Positions 61,268 through 64,000 of a stretch of 64,000 bases of DNA are shown piece after piece; the first letter of the stretch is position 1, and each line of letters starts with the position of its first letter. The position numbers were made by a program, and so were the translations under genes. The DNA is from Bilabrum cf. latius (lineage: Eukaryota). The notes below the pieces were generated by a model that searched no databases, was not told the origin of the DNA, and saw nothing but the letters and a program-made list of their open reading frames with translations. Location of the stretch: positions 62,001 to 126,000 of the forward strand of contig OZ237746.1 in assembly GCA_965178125.1 (NCBI GenBank), written 5' to 3'.

Positions 61268-63572
61268 TCAATCTATCGCATGCCACCATGATCGGTGTAC
61301 TTCGCCTCTACCACACGGGGAAGATCACGTATCCCAAGTTCTCAGCCAGCCTTCCAATCTCTCGCAGCTCATCTCGCTACCCAGCCTTCATCGAGCCGCC
61401 CTTCCGCAGCAAATTTGGCAGGGCTTGATTGTCTGACAGCACGAAGAGCGCCTCTGGGCAAGTCTGGCTCCTCGCCAACTAGCCTGGTCCTGACAAAAAA
61501 GCTCGTAGTGATGCTAGTTCGCGTGCCGTACTGGATAGTAACTGCATGTCCTCGTGGAAACCCATTTGCATCAAGCCAGAATCACCATTGCCTCGGCGCC
61601 ACATTGCACCCAGTCCATGGGCTGACGCGTCAGCACAAAACACGGATGCTCTCCCCTCCGGCAACGGGTATATCGGTGCAGCTGCTGCCGCTGTCAAGAT
61701 ACCGCGGTCCCTACATGTCAGCCACCACTCAAATTCCTCGTTGAACTCTGCCGTCCAGATGTGCCTACCACCTTTGCGAGCCTTTGCAGCCGCCTAGTAT
61801 ATCGCAAACACGTGCTGCGAAGCGTGGGGGATTACTGCCGCAGCCGCGCCCAACTGTCCTGCCAGTTTCTCCACAGCCTTGACCGCCAGCGCACTCGTTG
61901 CTAGCATGTTGAAAGCTCGCATTCGCTCAACGGTCCTCAGCACTGCGTGGATCCGTGGCCATCGATCCGAGCGCAGTGTCACCTTCAAGTGGGCTCCCAG
62001 GGTAATCTTTAGCCCAAGGAACTCAATCACCTATGTTGGAAAGGTAAGTTTGCTAGGCTATATCCTCATGCCAATCCCCCGCGCTACAAGCACGGCACAC
62101 CACAACAACTACATAGTGCGGGCCTCCGTACGTGCTGACAGAAAGCCATCATCAATGTACCCAAAAGCCCAATGTGCGGTGCGCAGTCGCACCCCCGCTA
62201 AACACTCTGCCAACACTACTGATGCGACAAAACAGCCCATTCTGCAACCAAACGACAAGACCACAAACTAAAACATGCTGCCACCCACTCCGCGAACTGC
62301 CATCCATCGCTGCAGCCCCGGTGCCAGCGCTATACTATGATATGCCGCCTTGAAATCGAAGGCTGCCCCCCATTCGTGCCTGTCACGTCCCACGCGCTCT
62401 GCTAAATGCCGAGCAAAATCACCATACCGGAAACGCAAGTCAAGAAATGCCTCGTTCGCGCCCGAGCGCTTCATATCCGTGACTAGGCGCTGCTTGCCAG
62501 TCGTGTCCTCCCGCTGCACCAAGCGTGGTGTCTGACCCTCCCGCTGCTGTACCTCGATTGCGGTCCTCTTGGCAACGAACATAGGCGTCACCTAGACCGC
62601 GGCGCCCTCCACCGGTCGAATCTTGCCTGCACTCGCTGCTGCTTCCACGAACGGGACTACATCCTCCTCGTCCGCCGGCAAGTCCTTCGGGTCAGCCCGT
62701 ACCGGCTGCGCCCCCAACACCTTCAAGACTGCCTCCGCCCGAAGCCCATGTCGTGCCAGTCCAACAAACCCCCGGCCCGCTACACAATCGGGCTCCACTG
62801 CGCCCCGCGCCCCGCAGCGTCGACAACGAGCCAAATGTGCCTGCCATGCTCCACGAGGTGACAGCGTACACGGCTAGCGTGCTGCCCATCGCTCCCCCTG
62901 CTGCAGTTCGCCCCTACGCTCCCAGTGTGACAACGTTCCATACCAGACGTCCAAAGCAGATGATGGTGCCTAGCCCGGTGGGAATGACCGCAAGTCAATC
63001 TTGTCCCGCTTTGCCAGGCATCGTGCCCAAGCCTACCACATCCCGTCCGCACCCAATGCTGACGGCGCATCCCCAGTCATCCCCGCTCCCGCATCACCGT
63101 CATTGTCCACAGAATAGCCGGCTGCTTCCATCTGCACCTCGTGCCATCGTCTCGAGGGGCCTGCAGATGCAACCTAGTCCAACAATTCGTCCGCGTGTTC
63201 CATGATGTCCGTCACAATGCACCGCCCATCCAGTGTCCGCAGGCTCGGCTCACCACGCTGTAGGGTCGGAGTCTTCTGCTGAGCCAGGATTTTTTGCGCT
63301 GCTTCCGAAGATAGTGCACATGCCTACACTACTGCAGCCCTTCCCCTGGCTCGGGCCGCGTCACCCATTCCCCGCTAGTCGGCCACTTCGTCTTGGGGAG
63401 GTACGGGGCTCCGCCTACGTTTTGGGCCCCGATGTCGTCCCTTTTTGGCGCTCTGACTCCTGCTGCGACTCTTGTCCACCCGCACTCGCGCTACTGCTGC
63501 TGCTGCTGCTGCTGCTGGCCTTCGCTGACTACCGTTTTGCCGCTGCCCCCGCTCCTCCAGCTGCGGCCCCAT
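60969..63572 (-). CDS. Reverse transcriptase-RNase H (ORF2 of the retrotransposon)
   Basis: RT motifs TPMFVAKR, GKQRLVTD, FDFKAAYHSI, F*FVVLSFG, YIDD and IEFLGL. RNase H motifs ADASAHGLG, SSTAREL, SDNQ and ACDRLSR. Many in-frame TAGs, TGA stop at 60969. Confidence 0.88.
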
Positions 63573-64000
63573 GCTCCTTTGCCACCCGCTTCGCTCGCTC
63601 CAATGCTGACTTGTCTATCGCGGCTGTCACATCCTCCCACGCCATAGCGCTATGGTTGCCTGCCGGATTCAGTCCCAGTAATTCCCACGTGGGCCCCACC
63701 TGAGTCTGCGTCATCCGCAGCGGGGTCTCGTTCTCGCTCCGCAACTACCACAGTCGAAGCACCGCAGGAGTATCCATTCTCCCCACTGGTGCCACCCTAT
63801 GTATCAAAATCATGCGCAGAGCAGTTGCTAACACGAAATGCTGACCCGTATTGGCTGTGTCCCCGTTGCCTCCACCTGCCGTGCGGACTGCTGCCGCATG
63901 AAGGACCATCCCTAAGCCCAAGAACATTCTTCGCACTGCAATCTCCAACGCCTCGTGAAGCTTGCTCATTACTGCCCTGGCTTCCGCATGCTTATCCTGG
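63361..64000 (-). CDS. ORF1 (putative Gag-like) of the retrotransposon, partial
   Basis: Open frame via TAG read-through from the window edge to TGA at 63361, overlapping the start of ORF2. Identity rests on position only. Confidence 0.55.

Larger units (their letters stand above)
57718..64000 (-). mobile_element. Ngaro/DIRS-group tyrosine-recombinase retrotransposon, 5' part outside the window
   Basis: Overlapping ORF1, RT-RNaseH and YR ORFs, followed by two identical 380-bp direct repeats 1818 bp apart. This matches the split direct repeat (B1-A2-B2) arrangement of Ngaro elements. Confidence 0.88.

Noticed and set aside
1-64000. Treating the many TAG-interrupted genes as pseudogenes
   Set aside because: The interruptions are always TAG, keep the frame, hit essential genes such as PSMA6 and align to Gln. 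Reassignment explains them better.
1-64000. tRNA or rRNA genes, including a tRNA-Gln(CUA)
   Set aside because: None recognised by eye. A covariance-model scan would be needed to exclude them.

Overview
GC-rich, gene-dense nuclear DNA of a eukaryotic protist with short GT-AG introns. The gene content suggests a heterotrophic stramenopile such as a bicosoecid (inference). The ORF track is fragmented because TAG is read as Gln: in-frame TAGs sit at conserved Gln positions in thiolase, proteasome alpha1, acid phosphatase, RT and internal repeats, and all 13 host genes whose 3' end lies in the window stop at TGA. With that code I rebuilt 14 host genes: an NSUN-type RNA methyltransferase, a 3x6 FG-GAP surface protein, an SLBP-domain protein, ACAT1, PSMA6, a PEX12-like RING protein, a pseudokinase-ARM protein, a K+-channelrhodopsin (KCR)-type rhodopsin, a full-size ABCD transporter, a multi-TM hybrid histidine kinase, LRRC9, an anion-channelrhodopsin (ACR)-type rhodopsin with a pseudo-receiver tail, a histidine acid phosphatase and a Tudor/MBT-like plus glycine-zipper protein. 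The window ends in a Ngaro-type tyrosine-recombinase retrotransposon. Highlights are two channelrhodopsins of different families within 25 kb, flanking a histidine kinase and a ciliary gene; the UAG-only reassignment; and an 11-mer (CACTCGTCACA) found at least 13 times inside genes regardless of frame and strand. All gene models are manual and family alignments are from memory, with no database searches.
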